A stretch of DNA of 64,000 nucleotides, taken from the NCBI GenBank assembly GCA_965222375.1, contig CBDCTZ010000015.1, forward strand, positions 1,504,001 to 1,568,000, read 5' to 3'. Shown here piece after piece: positions 38,273 through 48,566 of the stretch. Position 1 is the stretch's first letter. Every line of letters begins with the position of its first letter. Made by a program: the position numbers and the translations under genes. A model generated the notes under the pieces. That model had not been told where the DNA came from. It saw only the letters and a list, made by a program, of their open reading frames with translations, and did not search any database. Source of the stretch: Polyangiaceae bacterium (lineage in GTDB: Bacteria > Myxococcota_A > Polyangia > Polyangiales > Polyangiaceae).

Positions 38273-39054
38273 CAGAAACGTCCCTCGTAGCCGAGGGCGG
38301 TCGCCTCGGGAAACGCATACAAGCCAACACGATGGCCATTGTCGCGGTTTACGTAAAAGTATGCGGCGCCCCCGGCGGCTAGCAACGCGACGCCCAGGGC
38401 GATGTCGGCTTTCAGGTAATCACTTTTCATGTCGTCGTATAGCCCAGGATCCCCGCAACTTGGCTTGCACGAATCCAAGTCGGATTGCTTGCTGTTGCCT
38501 GAAAGCCCAAAGCCTACAAACCCCGCCACCCCCAGCACCGCTACACCACTGAGCACCCAGGTTGCTGCCGGTACCGTAGACGACTTTGGCGATTCCGTGG
38601 AGTCGATGCTTTGCACGGGCGTCAGGTCGGCTTCTACGGCGACGTTTGTTTGACCCCGCGCCAGGGTCACGGAACGCGCCACGTTGGGCTGGCCAGGTAC
38701 TAGAAACACGACTTCATGCGGTCCGGGATCCAGCTCGATTGGGCCAGACGGAAGTGGAGCTGGGTCGTCATCGTCGATTTGCACCTTCACGTCCTTCCCG
38801 AATGCTTTCAGGACCACGGTAGGTATGTTCTTTTCGACGAATTGCATTCGCGCTACGCAATCCTCCCGCACGAGACCGGGGCAGGATGCCTTCTTGCACG
38901 TTCTGAACTGCTTGCGCGCCTCGAGCAGACGATTGTCCCGTTCGGAGCGCTGGCCAGCTTCGTGCGCCGCGATGCACTCATCCACGCTTTGAGCTCTCGC
39001 CTCCAACGCAGGCAGCAGGCCAATCAACACTCCCAGCCGAAGGATGGATCTCAT
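38269..39054 (-). CDS. Myxobacterial secreted PEGA-like protein with C-terminal membrane segment
   Basis: Signal peptide, CIAAHEAGQ..LLEARKQF..CPGLVREDC, LDPGPH. Confidence 0.75.
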   Translation of the reverse strand: MRSILRLGVLIGLLPALEARAQSVDECIAAHEAGQRSERDNRLLEARKQFRTCKKASCPGLVREDCVARMQFVEKNIPTVVLKAFGKDVKVQIDDDDPAPLPSGPIELDPGPHEVVFLVPGQPNVARSVTLARGQTNVAVEADLTPVQSIDSTESPKSSTVPAATWVLSGVAVLGVAGFVGFGLSGNSKQSDLDSCKPSCGDPGLYDDMKSDYLKADIALGVALLAAGGAAYFYVNRDNGHRVGLYAFPEATALGYEGRFW

Positions 39055-39428
39055 CTTAGGCACTCGCGCTTGAATTTCTTGACGTCTGGCCCGGTGGTGT
39101 ACGGCGGCTTGCAGCTCGGTAACGGCTTGGAGCCGGTGAGGCCTATCTGCTTTGGTGCGGTCGGCGCGGGTTTGTGCGTTGTGATGCCGTATCGGGCCTT
39201 GCGACGACAGTTGGTGCTGAGGCCATCGCGGCCGCTGTGCTGGCTGCTGTGACGAGAGCAGTAGCAATCGGCGTTGAGGCGCGCGATCGCCACTGCGCGC
39301 GAGACGCCGGCTGGACCGAACAAGCGTCCAAGATGAACCGACGCCATTCCCTCTGCCGCGATCTTGTCACACGGAAGATAGAGCCCTCCGATGGGGCGTG
39401 GCCGCCGTTGGGCTTCACCCTCCACCAT
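39051..39428 (-). pseudogene. Internally deleted Ser/Thr kinase gene
   Basis: Degenerate N-lobe start IAAEGMASVHLGRLFGPAGVSRAVAIARL joined to a C-tail CKPPYT...FKRECL; catalytic core absent. Confidence 0.65.
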
Positions 39429-39820
39429 TGGAACATACTAGCATGCGCTCAATGCCACAGAAATACGGCGTCTACGTCGTGAATGCGCTTGCGGTATCGT
39501 GATCTAGGTTGCTCGTGGCGGCGACGTGGCTTCGCGAGCGAAGGTGTGACACGGCTAGCGTCGATTCAAAGCGCCATCGAACCCCGAGTCAAACTTGTCG
39601 GCTCGCGTGAAGGTCGAAAAAGGGCCTCCCGCAGGTGTCCGCTCCAGGATTCGGTGTCTAATCGATAGAAGACCGATGCGGACTTATATGCACTATGCAT
39701 CTAAGTTGTCCGCTCTCATCTGGGGGACTGTTCGGATTTGTGTCTCCCAACGACGGCGGGACACCAACCGGCGCAAGGGTCGCCCGGTCAACGCTGCCTG
39801 GCGCGCTGAAGCAACCCATC

Positions 39821-40045
39821 TCACCGCTGGGCGCCGCGGTCGGCCAGTAGCGCGTCGAGCTTCGCGTCCAGATCCTGTTCTCGGCGAAACCCACGCTCAT
39901 TGATCAGGGCAAGATTGCTTCGCACGCGCTCGAGATTCAAGTCTGGATTGTAGAGCACCAACTGTTGGGCATCAATGCGGTCTTGTAGACGCAGTTCCGT
40001 CATGGAGAGTATCTTGAGGCTCAGAAGATCTTCAAGCCGGGAGGA
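39821..40045 (-). pseudogene. C-terminal remnant of a MenT1-like nucleotidyltransferase
   Basis: EDLLSLKILS..RLQDRIDA..LALINERGFRREQDL, similar to the C-terminus of 48567-49217. Confidence 0.7.
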
Positions 40046-40049
40046 CCGT

Positions 40050-40427
40050 ATGTCGGAAGGCAAGGTATTGGGAATAGGTGGCGTATTCTTGCGTTCCAAG
40101 GACCCGGCGAGGCTGGCAGCTTGGTATCGCGACCAGCTCGGTTTCAACGCTACCGAAAGCGGCAAGCCGACGCCCGATGGGGATTGGACCTGGGAGCAGG
40201 AAGGCGGCCATACGGTCTTCGCCGCATTCTCCGACGACAGCGACTACTGGCAGGCGGAGCGTCAGGTGATGCTCAATCTGCGCGTCTCGGGGCTCGACGC
40301 GCTTGTTGCAAGGCTGGAAGCAGCCGGCGTGTCAGTGACCCGTCGCGAGGACATGGACGGCGTGGGGCGTTTCGCGCGGATCCACGATTGCGATGGCAAC
40401 CCGGTCGAGGTGTGGGAACCCGCGTGA
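40050..40427 (+). CDS. VOC/glyoxalase family protein
   Basis: VLGIGGVFLRSKDP..WYRD.LG, GRFARIHD.DGNPVEVWEP. Confidence 0.93.
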   Translation: MSEGKVLGIGGVFLRSKDPARLAAWYRDQLGFNATESGKPTPDGDWTWEQEGGHTVFAAFSDDSDYWQAERQVMLNLRVSGLDALVARLEAAGVSVTRREDMDGVGRFARIHDCDGNPVEVWEPA

Positions 40428-40671
40428 AACCGTCTGGCCCAACGCCGGGCGAGCTGTGGGAACCCGCGTGAAACCGTCTGACCCAACGCCGGCCGAGCTG
40501 TGGGAACCCGCGTGAAACCGTCTGACCCAACGCCGGCCGAGCTGTGGGAACCCGCGTGAAACCGTCTGACCCAACGCCGGCCGAGCTGTGGGAACCCGCG
40601 TGAAACCGTCTGACCCAACGCCGGGCGAGTTGTGGGAACCTGCGTGAAACCGTTTGACCCAACGCCGGGCG
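40411..40671 (+). repeat. Six tandem 44-bp repeats spanning the VOC stop codon
   Basis: TGTGGGAACCCGCGTGAAACCGTCTGACCCAACGCCGGCCGAGC at 40411, 40455, 40499, 40543, 40587 and 40631. Confidence 0.95.
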
Positions 40672-40758
40672 CTCTGAGCGAGGTGCCGATGACGGCAAGG
40701 GCCGACACATGAAAACCAAACCAAACAGAACCTGCAGTCAGTTGGATGAACCGGACGC

Positions 40759-41808
40759 TCAGAACATGACCCAGGGCGAGGGCATGAACAGGCTGATCAG
40801 CATGGCCAGGGTTGCGACGGCGACCACGCGACGCACGGGTGAGAGCTTTTCGTCGTCGACGGGGGGGTGACCGAAACCGGAGTAGCGACCCATTAGGCGC
40901 AGCAAGATGATCGCAAAAACCCACATCAAGGATGAACTTGTCAGCGTCATCCACGAGTTGGCAAGTCCACGCTCGAGCGCCTGGGGCGCATGCACGAGCA
41001 GGTTGTAGACCAAAAGGGCGAGTGGAGTGTGTCTAAACCACTGCGCGAACCTGTTCTGTCTCTTGCCGAACAAGGCGAACGCGATATGACCGCCGTCCAA
41101 CTGGCCCACTGGAATCATGTTTAGGAACGTGACGAAGAACCCAACCCAAGCAGCAAGTGCCGTCGGGTGCAGCAACACATCCTGATCAGGACCGATCCTA
41201 CCGAACACAGCGGTCTTCAACGCCCAGTACAAGATGCTCTGGCCCTCTTGCACGTAGTGCTGTCCCTCTTGAAGCGCAGCGGGATCAAGCCTCGGCCCAA
41301 CCTCGGAAAGGGAAAGGCCAAGCAACATGACCGGGATGGCAACGACCATCCCGGCAATCGGGCCCGCCGCACCGATGTCGAGCAACGCGTTCGCAGAGCG
41401 GATCCGGCGCGGCATGATGATCACTGCGCCCATAGTTCCGAAGGGATTGAAGATCGGCAGCGGAATGAAGTACGGAAGAGATGCCGGCACACGGTGTATG
41501 CGCGCGGCGACATAGTGACCAAATTCGTGGGCGAGCAATATCGCGAGCAGTGGCACGGCGAACGTCCATGCACTGAGCCAGGTTTCCAGGGCCCCCATCC
41601 CCTCCCGCGCGGTCCACTGATAGGCGCCGACAAAGAAGACGCTGAGCACCGTCAACACGAACAGGATGACGTTGGTGCGCGTGTTGAACTTCGGCAGCGG
41701 GACCTGCGACTCCCTGGGTTCCTCCTCAGCCCGCGCGCCCAAAGGCACAGAGTCCGGCGCCGGCTCGCCCACGGCGGGGAAACTCGGCGGCACCTTGTCG
41801 TCGTTCAT
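40759..41808 (-). CDS. Site-2 protease (M50)
   Basis: HEFGH, AAGPIAG, NMIPVGQLDGGH. Confidence 0.95.
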   Translation of the reverse strand: MNDDKVPPSFPAVGEPAPDSVPLGARAEEEPRESQVPLPKFNTRTNVILFVLTVLSVFFVGAYQWTAREGMGALETWLSAWTFAVPLLAILLAHEFGHYVAARIHRVPASLPYFIPLPIFNPFGTMGAVIIMPRRIRSANALLDIGAAGPIAGMVVAIPVMLLGLSLSEVGPRLDPAALQEGQHYVQEGQSILYWALKTAVFGRIGPDQDVLLHPTALAAWVGFFVTFLNMIPVGQLDGGHIAFALFGKRQNRFAQWFRHTPLALLVYNLLVHAPQALERGLANSWMTLTSSSLMWVFAIILLRLMGRYSGFGHPPVDDEKLSPVRRVVAVATLAMLISLFMPSPWVMF

Positions 41809-42455
41809 GGCTTCAGGGATTCGCGGATCCGCTTGCCCAGCCGCTGCAGTTGGGGCCCGAGCTCGGCGTCCAGGGCGCCGATGTCGGTTTCGAGCAGGAG
41901 GTGACCGCGGGCGCGTTCTGGTGCTTCCGCGAAGGAGAGCGTGTGGGGCTCGAGACCCAGGGAGTCGACGCTCTTCTTCAACTCCGCAATGTCATCGGGG
42001 TGCGCGTGGATTTTCACCGCGCGAGCGCCCCGAGCTTCATGCAGTGCTTGCCGCGCGAGAGCCGTGACGCGACTCGGATCCGCGGCCAAGGTCTCGCCCA
42101 AAATGCGCTCGGCAAGCACGGTCGCGACCTGCACCACGCGATCTTGTGCACGAGCATCCATGCGGGACTCGAGCGCCTTGAGCTCGATCGCCCTGGCCGC
42201 CAGCGCTGCAGCGGCCTCGGCGCGTCCTTCGGCTTGAGCGCGCAGCTTCACGTCCGCAACTTCCCTCTCGGCGTCTGCGACCAGCTGGCGTGAGCGTGCC
42301 TCGGCGCTCTGGAGGATCTCTTTGGCTCGCTCTTCGGCGGCCACGACTTCCCGCGGAACGCGCCGCGCGGACGGCGCACCGGGCCCCGTGGGCACTTCCA
42401 CACGCCGCCATTCTTGACCCTGTGCCTTGAGCACCCGACCTCGCGCCATCGTCAT
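41805..42455 (-). CDS. FliH/SctL family protein
   Basis: AxxxG helical repeats, AERILG, IHAHPDD, LLETDIGALDA. Confidence 0.85.
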   Translation of the reverse strand: MTMARGRVLKAQGQEWRRVEVPTGPGAPSARRVPREVVAAEERAKEILQSAEARSRQLVADAEREVADVKLRAQAEGRAEAAAALAARAIELKALESRMDARAQDRVVQVATVLAERILGETLAADPSRVTALARQALHEARGARAVKIHAHPDDIAELKKSVDSLGLEPHTLSFAEAPERARGHLLLETDIGALDAELGPQLQRLGKRIRESLKP

Positions 42456-42670
42456 CGCAGGCGTCGCTGCTCCAAGCCGCGAGCAATGCGCGCAAGCTCG
42501 CCAGCCAGTACTTTGGCGCGAACGCCGCGGTCATCGTGGGAAAGCTCACGCATCAGCGCTTCAGCACCCGTCGACGGCGCCAGCCCATCGAGCAGGGCCT
42601 CCCCGCGACGCTCCAAGAGATAACTAGCCGCCACGTAGCCGGTGGCAAAACATTCGGATTCATTCGTCAT
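42452..42670 (-). CDS. Small hypothetical protein
   Basis: 72 aa, overlapping both neighbouring genes. Confidence 0.7.
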   Translation of the reverse strand: MTNESECFATGYVAASYLLERRGEALLDGLAPSTGAEALMRELSHDDRGVRAKVLAGELARIARGLEQRRLR

Positions 42671-43523
42671 TTAGCGAATACCGAGCATCATGCTGCTTGA
42701 CCCGACCCTCGGCAAGTAGCTTGTCGAGATGGGCCTGCAAGCTCAGGCGCGCCAGGGGCCACGCCAGCTTGGGTGTGTCGTAGTAGACCCGCTCCAAAAG
42801 TGACTCTGAGTTCAGGCTGCCGTCGGCAAGAGCTGCGGTCACTTTGTGCTCGCGCATCAAGCGGTGGCGCACGTAGTGCTCGAAATGGGCCGTGGGTTCC
42901 TCGATGGGATCCCCGTGCGCGGGCAGCGCCACCTCGGCCGCCAAATCGGCGAGCCGACGTAGTTGGTCCAGGTAGACGCGCATGTCGCCGTCGCCGGGTT
43001 CGATCAGAATGGTGCCGACGCTAGCCACCATGTCACCAACGATCACGGCTCCGGCGTCGCGCTCCAGCAAGCAAATGTGGCCGGGGGCATGACCGGGCGT
43101 GTGCAACACCTCCCAGCGTTGACGCGTCGGTCCGTCCAACTCGATGCAGTCCCCATCTTCGAGTCGCCGCGCAACCTCGACGCCCTGCAAGCGCTCCGCG
43201 GTCTCGTGATGAGCCCACACCGGCAGTTCGGTCTGGTCTGAGAGAAACGCCGCACCTCCCACGTGGTCGGCATGGTGGTGAGTCACCACGATGCCGACGG
43301 GGCGGCGCCCCTGGCTCTCGAGGCCACGAACCCACTGAAGCCATCGAAGTCGCTCGTCGTCGTAGGGTGTAGCCGGCTCGACCAACACCAGCTCGCGCCG
43401 ACCCAGCGCGTAAGAATTCGTATGGGTTGCAGGCGGCAACGTTGGCGTACGCGCCGCAAGCGATTCGATACCGTCGGCGATCAGCTGGCCTAACACTCGA
43501 GGTCTCCCGAGCGGCAATCCCAT
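42660..43523 (-). CDS. MBL-fold metallo-hydrolase (LACTB2-like)
   Basis: THHHADH, HTPGH, GDM, PAHG. Confidence 0.93.
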   Translation of the reverse strand: MGLPLGRPRVLGQLIADGIESLAARTPTLPPATHTNSYALGRRELVLVEPATPYDDERLRWLQWVRGLESQGRRPVGIVVTHHHADHVGGAAFLSDQTELPVWAHHETAERLQGVEVARRLEDGDCIELDGPTRQRWEVLHTPGHAPGHICLLERDAGAVIVGDMVASVGTILIEPGDGDMRVYLDQLRRLADLAAEVALPAHGDPIEEPTAHFEHYVRHRLMREHKVTAALADGSLNSESLLERVYYDTPKLAWPLARLSLQAHLDKLLAEGRVKQHDARYSLNDE

Positions 43524-43572
43524 TGACGGGCTGCCGCTCGACGCACGACGGATGCCGCGACCGAGTTGCCCC

Positions 43573-44763
43573 TCACACGCGCTCGACCACCACGGCCACG
43601 GCCTCGCCACCACCGATGCACAGGGTGGCCAGGCCACGCTGGACCTTCTGGTCACGCATGGCGAAGAGCAGCGTGGTCAAAATGCGCGCGCCGCTGGCCC
43701 CAATCGGATGCCCCATGGCTACGGCGCCACCGCGGACGTTCACCTTGGCCGCATCGAGGCCGGCCAACTGGTTGCAGACCATGGCCACGCAAGAGAAGGC
43801 CTCGTTGATCTCGAACAAGTCGATGTCGTCAGCCTTGAGCTTCAGCTTCTGCAGCGTGTTGTCGATAGCCTTGGCGGGCGCAGTCGTGAACCACTCCGGC
43901 GCTTGCGCCGCTCCGCCATAACCGACAATCCGGGCCAAGGGCTCGAGGCCCTGTTCCTTCACGGCCTTGCCCGTCGCGAGCACGAGTGCGGAAGCGCCGT
44001 CGTTGATGCTCGAGGCGTTGGCAGCAGTGATGGTGCCATCCTTCGCGAAGGCAGGACGCAGCTTGTCGAACTTTGCTGGGTTGCCTTTTCCGGGCTCCTC
44101 GTCCTCCGTCACCATGATCGGATCGCCCTTGCGCTGCGGCACGGCGACCTCCGCAATCTCGCTCTTGAAGAGTCCTTCTTTCTGAGCAGCGATGGCGCGT
44201 CGGTAGCTCTCACGCGCGTACTCATCCTGGGACTCGCGGCTGAACTTGTACTCTTTGGCGCATAGCTCACCGGCTTGGCCCATGTGGAAATCGCTGTAGG
44301 GATCCCAGAGCCCGTCGAGGATCATGCCGTCGACGATCTTGCCGTCGCCCATGCGGTAGCCCGTGCGTGCCTTGTCCAGGTAGTACGGAACCTTGGACAT
44401 GGACTCCATGCCGCCGGCGATCGCAACGTCCACGTCGCCTAGCATCAGCGCACGGCTTGCGAGCACGACGGACTGCAGCCCAGAGCCACACACCTTGCTC
44501 ACCGTCGTGCACGGCACGCTGTCCGGGATCTGCGCGAAGCGCGAGGCCTGTCGAGCCGGCGCTTGGCCGATGCCCGCAGAAAGCACGTTGCCCATGTAGA
44601 CCTCTTGGATCTGGTCGGGGCTGACTTTGGCCCGCTCCACTGCCGCACGAATCGCAACCTCACCCAGCCGGGGCGCCGTCAGCGTGGACAGAGCACCAAG
44701 ATAAGACCCAATTGGAGTGCGGGCGGCACTTACGACGAAGACCTCGTTTACATGATGCGTCAT
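43573..44763 (-). CDS. atoB: Acetyl-CoA C-acetyltransferase (thiolase)
   Basis: VCGSG, EINEAF, GHPIGASG, CIGGGE. Confidence 0.95.
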   Translation of the reverse strand: MTHHVNEVFVVSAARTPIGSYLGALSTLTAPRLGEVAIRAAVERAKVSPDQIQEVYMGNVLSAGIGQAPARQASRFAQIPDSVPCTTVSKVCGSGLQSVVLASRALMLGDVDVAIAGGMESMSKVPYYLDKARTGYRMGDGKIVDGMILDGLWDPYSDFHMGQAGELCAKEYKFSRESQDEYARESYRRAIAAQKEGLFKSEIAEVAVPQRKGDPIMVTEDEEPGKGNPAKFDKLRPAFAKDGTITAANASSINDGASALVLATGKAVKEQGLEPLARIVGYGGAAQAPEWFTTAPAKAIDNTLQKLKLKADDIDLFEINEAFSCVAMVCNQLAGLDAAKVNVRGGAVAMGHPIGASGARILTTLLFAMRDQKVQRGLATLCIGGGEAVAVVVERV

Positions 44764-45016
44764 CGGACTCTCCTCACTTCGCGGCACGGCTCGGCGTGCG
44801 GGCCCGCCGGTTTAACGCGCTTTTCTTGCAGTGACCAGGCCCCGAGATGACGTCCGTCGCGCGCGAGTCGGCACCGCTTGTTGGGGATAGCGCTGACACC
44901 TGTGCAGTGCCACTCGGGGTGTGACGCGCTGCGCAGCAAACCCAAAGAACGGACAACCCCGCGTGTCGCCTGGCTTTTCCCGTGCTAAATGCCTGCCCGG
45001 CGAGTGGAGGTTCGGG

Positions 45017-46210
45017 ATGCGCAAAGGCTTTTCTGTCTTGTTTGGAGTGTTGGGCTGCGCTGCGATGCTGGCACCACCAGCGTGTAGCAGCGCTTCGGGT
45101 GGCAGCGGCGGCGGTGCAGGCGGCAGCGCGGCTGGAGGCGGCGTGGGTGCAACCGGTGCGATTGGCGGCACGGGCGCCGGCGGTGGAGCCGGTGGGCTGC
45201 CCGCAGGTTGCGCCTCCGAGAAGTACACCGGCGAACTCGTTCCAGCTGACATGTTCGTGATGCTCGACCGCAGTGGCTCGATGAATGACTCGGGCAAGTG
45301 GGGCGCGGTCACCAAGGCCATCAACGACTTCGTACAGCTGCCCAATTTGAGCAAGCTCGGAATGGGCATCGCATTTTTCCCGACCAAGCCCGCAGTCCCG
45401 CCGCCCACAGCGCCTTGTACCTCCGACATCGACTGCGGCGCCTACGGCCCCTGTATCCCCGGGTTCAATCAGTGCAACGGCGCCTTGGCGCCCAACGATT
45501 CGTGCGTCGCGCCGGACTATGCAAAGCCCGCTGTGCCCATCGCGGATCTTCCTGGAGTCGGCTCGGCCATCGCGACAGCGATTTCCGGTCAGTCACCCGG
45601 CGGTGATTCGACACCTGCGGCACCAGCGCTCGAAGGTGCCATCGACTACGCCCAGTCCTGGGCGGCTCAGCACACGGATCGCGTCGTCATCGTGGTCTTC
45701 GCCACGGATGGCGAGCCCACCAACTGCAACCCGAACCGCGTCGATACCGTGGCCGCACGAGCCAAGGAGGGTCTCGACGGCACGCCCAGCGTCAAGACCT
45801 TCGTCATCGGCGTCGGCCAAGAGCTGACCACCCTCAACCTGATCGCCAAGGAGGGTGGCACGGACAAGGCGGTACTGGTCAGTACGGGCAACGCAGCCCA
45901 GGAGTTCTTGGCGGCCCTCAACAAGATCCGAGGCGCCATCGGCTGTCAGTACCTGATCCCGAAGCCCGCGACCGGCGACCCGGACTACGGAAAGGTGAAC
46001 GTCGCGTTCACGCCGAACGGGGGAGCCCAAGAGGTCTACCCGAAGGTAAACGACGCCTCCGGCTGCGTCGGCCAAAAAGCCTGGTACTACGACAACCCCT
46101 CCAGCCCGACCCAGATCGTGCTCTGCCCGGCGGCCTGCGATCAGGTCGAGAACACCCAGGGCGGCGGCGTGACCGAGGTGGTTCTTGGCTGCAAGACGGT
46201 CGTGCGTTGA
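45017..46210 (+). CDS. VWA-domain lipoprotein (CglB-like family)
   Basis: Lipobox, MIDAS DRSGS, TP, ATDGEP, Cys-rich C-terminus. Confidence 0.85.
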   Translation: MRKGFSVLFGVLGCAAMLAPPACSSASGGSGGGAGGSAAGGGVGATGAIGGTGAGGGAGGLPAGCASEKYTGELVPADMFVMLDRSGSMNDSGKWGAVTKAINDFVQLPNLSKLGMGIAFFPTKPAVPPPTAPCTSDIDCGAYGPCIPGFNQCNGALAPNDSCVAPDYAKPAVPIADLPGVGSAIATAISGQSPGGDSTPAAPALEGAIDYAQSWAAQHTDRVVIVVFATDGEPTNCNPNRVDTVAARAKEGLDGTPSVKTFVIGVGQELTTLNLIAKEGGTDKAVLVSTGNAAQEFLAALNKIRGAIGCQYLIPKPATGDPDYGKVNVAFTPNGGAQEVYPKVNDASGCVGQKAWYYDNPSSPTQIVLCPAACDQVENTQGGGVTEVVLGCKTVVR

Positions 46211-46344
46211 CTCGTAACATATTGAATTAACTGATCATTTTGACCAGCTGCGCGGCATCAGGCGCGCGGCTGAGAAAGCTTGCTAGGCTGCCGACTGGTC
46301 TGTGCGCGGGGGTCGCGCCAAGCCGCCTTTGAAAGGGTCGTTCC

Positions 46345-48528
46345 ATGCTTCGTAAGCTCGTAGCCTTTGGTGCAATTGGCATTGTCTCCGCGTCGATCGG
46401 CGCCTGCTCGAGCAGCGAAGACAGTACCCCCGGAACCAACCCCGGTGGCGGGAGCGCCGCCTTGGTTCCGCCCGGCAAAGCCGACAACTACTTCAGCACC
46501 GAGGGCCAGGAGTACACGGTCAGCGGGGCCACTTGGGGCACTCAGGACCAGACTTGCCTGACCAACAACGCATCCTCCCCGGATGCTGCCAAGCGCTGCA
46601 CCCTGGAGGCCATCACCCTCAAGAACTTCTCCATCGCCTGGTTCCTCAACCAGTACATCATCGACAAGCACGACGCGCCCAACGAGGACTGGGGCGGCTT
46701 CACTGCGATGACCCGCCCCGCGAGCTACGAGGCCCTCGAGGTGGGCGACCCGGACGCCGAAGGCAAGTTCAACTACACCTTTACGAGCGAAATCTCAGGC
46801 CCCCTCGATCTGATCAGCAGCATCCCAACAGAGCCCTGCGGCGAGGACCGTTGCTTCACTTTGGAAGTCCCGGTTCTGCCGAACTCCACGCTTTCCCAAA
46901 TGGATACGGGCAACGAGTGGTATCGGAAGGCGCCCTACAAGCAATACAAGCCTGAGACCTACACGGGTGAAAAGGAAACCCTCACCCTACGCATCAAGCC
47001 CTATCCCCGCTCGAACGATGCCTACCTCGAGTACAACAAGCTGTTTTCCGATGAGCAGCTCGCCAAGGCGGGCGGCGGCCTGAAGATCGGCCTGTTCGTG
47101 GGCTGGGACTACTACGACGCCCGTTACGATCTGCAGACTGCAAAGGAATTGTACCGGTGGTTGACCGAAGATCGCGGCTTCGCCAGCCCCGTTGGCAGCT
47201 ACGACGAACTCAAGATCGACTCCGGTGAGTTCACCAAGACGATCCAGGTCAATGGCAAAGAAGTGCCCGTCTCCGTCTTGCTCGTGCATCCGGGTCAAGG
47301 CGATCCGGCCAACACCACCTTTGCCGGACAGATGAAGAGCGCCCTGATCGATTCCTTCGGCAATCGTCAGGTCATCATCTACGAAGGCCACGCTGGGCCC
47401 CTATATGGCTTCGCTCTTGGCGACTGGAACGCCACCGAAGCTGGTGAGCTCGACGACTCCGAGCTACCCGGTCTGGCCATCCCCGAGAACTTCTATCAGC
47501 TGGTGCTGGCCAGCGGCTGCGACACCTACATGGTCGCGGACTCGCTGTACCAGAACCCCGTCAAGCAAGGCCGCGTCGACATGGACGTGATCACCACCAC
47601 GAGCTTCAGCAACGCGGGTGGCCGCGGCCGCACCGCGAAGATCGCCGTGGAAGCGGTCATCAACCAAGACGAAAACGGCCAGCTCGAGCCGCAGATGTAC
47701 GGCGAGATCATCCGCAAGCTCAACCAGGAGTACTGGATGACGCCCATCTACGGCGTGCACGGCCTGGACGACAATCCGCGCTTCAACCCCTTCGCGGACT
47801 TCTCCAAGCTCTGCCAGAGCTGCGAGAACAACAGCACCTGCGGCGGCTACGGCTCCAGCTGCAACGACTATGGCAACGGCAGCAAGTACTGCGGCACCAA
47901 GTGCGAGTCGGACAACGACTGCCCCACGGGTTACACCTGCTTCGACATTCGCGAAGGCAACGACCTCATTGGCAAGTCCTGTGCGCCAGCTTCGCTGTCC
48001 TGCGAGAGCCCCGGAGGCCAAGAACCGTCGGTGTGGATCAACGAGATCCACTACGACAACACCGGTCTAGACACGGGTGAGGGCGTCGAGATCGCCGGCA
48101 CCGCGGGCGTCGACCTGACCGGCTACACGGTCGTGCTCTACAACGGAAAGCCCAGCCAATTGCGGCCGTATCGCACCATCGAGCTCGAGGGCTCCATCCC
48201 GCAACAGTCCGGCCAAGGCGGCACTCTGTGGGTAGCCGCGACCGTGCAGAATGGCGGTAGCAGTGGCGGCGAGCCCGACGGCGTGGCCCTCGTCGACGCG
48301 CAAGGCAAGGTCGTGCAGTTCCTCTCCTACGAGGGCAGCTTCACGCCGACCAACGGCCCCGCCATGGGCCAGGCGTCGACGGACATTGGCGTTGCCCAAG
48401 CTTCGACGAACCCCATCGGACAGAGCCTATCTCTGGTCGGCACCGGCGGCGACTACTCCGCGTTCACCTGGCAAGCCGACGCAACCGCAAGTCCCGGCGA
48501 ACCCAACCCCGGTCAGACCTTCAACTGA
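46345..48528 (+). CDS. Large lipoprotein with Cys-rich region and C-terminal lamin-tail-like domain
   Basis: IGACSS, GKAD, YEGHAG, INEIHYDN..GVEIAG..VVQFLSYEG. Confidence 0.8.
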   Translation: MLRKLVAFGAIGIVSASIGACSSSEDSTPGTNPGGGSAALVPPGKADNYFSTEGQEYTVSGATWGTQDQTCLTNNASSPDAAKRCTLEAITLKNFSIAWFLNQYIIDKHDAPNEDWGGFTAMTRPASYEALEVGDPDAEGKFNYTFTSEISGPLDLISSIPTEPCGEDRCFTLEVPVLPNSTLSQMDTGNEWYRKAPYKQYKPETYTGEKETLTLRIKPYPRSNDAYLEYNKLFSDEQLAKAGGGLKIGLFVGWDYYDARYDLQTAKELYRWLTEDRGFASPVGSYDELKIDSGEFTKTIQVNGKEVPVSVLLVHPGQGDPANTTFAGQMKSALIDSFGNRQVIIYEGHAGPLYGFALGDWNATEAGELDDSELPGLAIPENFYQLVLASGCDTYMVADSLYQNPVKQGRVDMDVITTTSFSNAGGRGRTAKIAVEAVINQDENGQLEPQMYGEIIRKLNQEYWMTPIYGVHGLDDNPRFNPFADFSKLCQSCENNSTCGGYGSSCNDYGNGSKYCGTKCESDNDCPTGYTCFDIREGNDLIGKSCAPASLSCESPGGQEPSVWINEIHYDNTGLDTGEGVEIAGTAGVDLTGYTVVLYNGKPSQLRPYRTIELEGSIPQQSGQGGTLWVAATVQNGGSSGGEPDGVALVDAQGKVVQFLSYEGSFTPTNGPAMGQASTDIGVAQASTNPIGQSLSLVGTGGDYSAFTWQADATASPGEPNPGQTFN

Positions 48529-48566
48529 GCCGGCACGCAACGGGGGACCTCGCCGTCCGGTCAAAT

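Noticed and set aside
40411..40671. CRISPR array
   Set aside because: Head-to-tail tandem units with no spacers.
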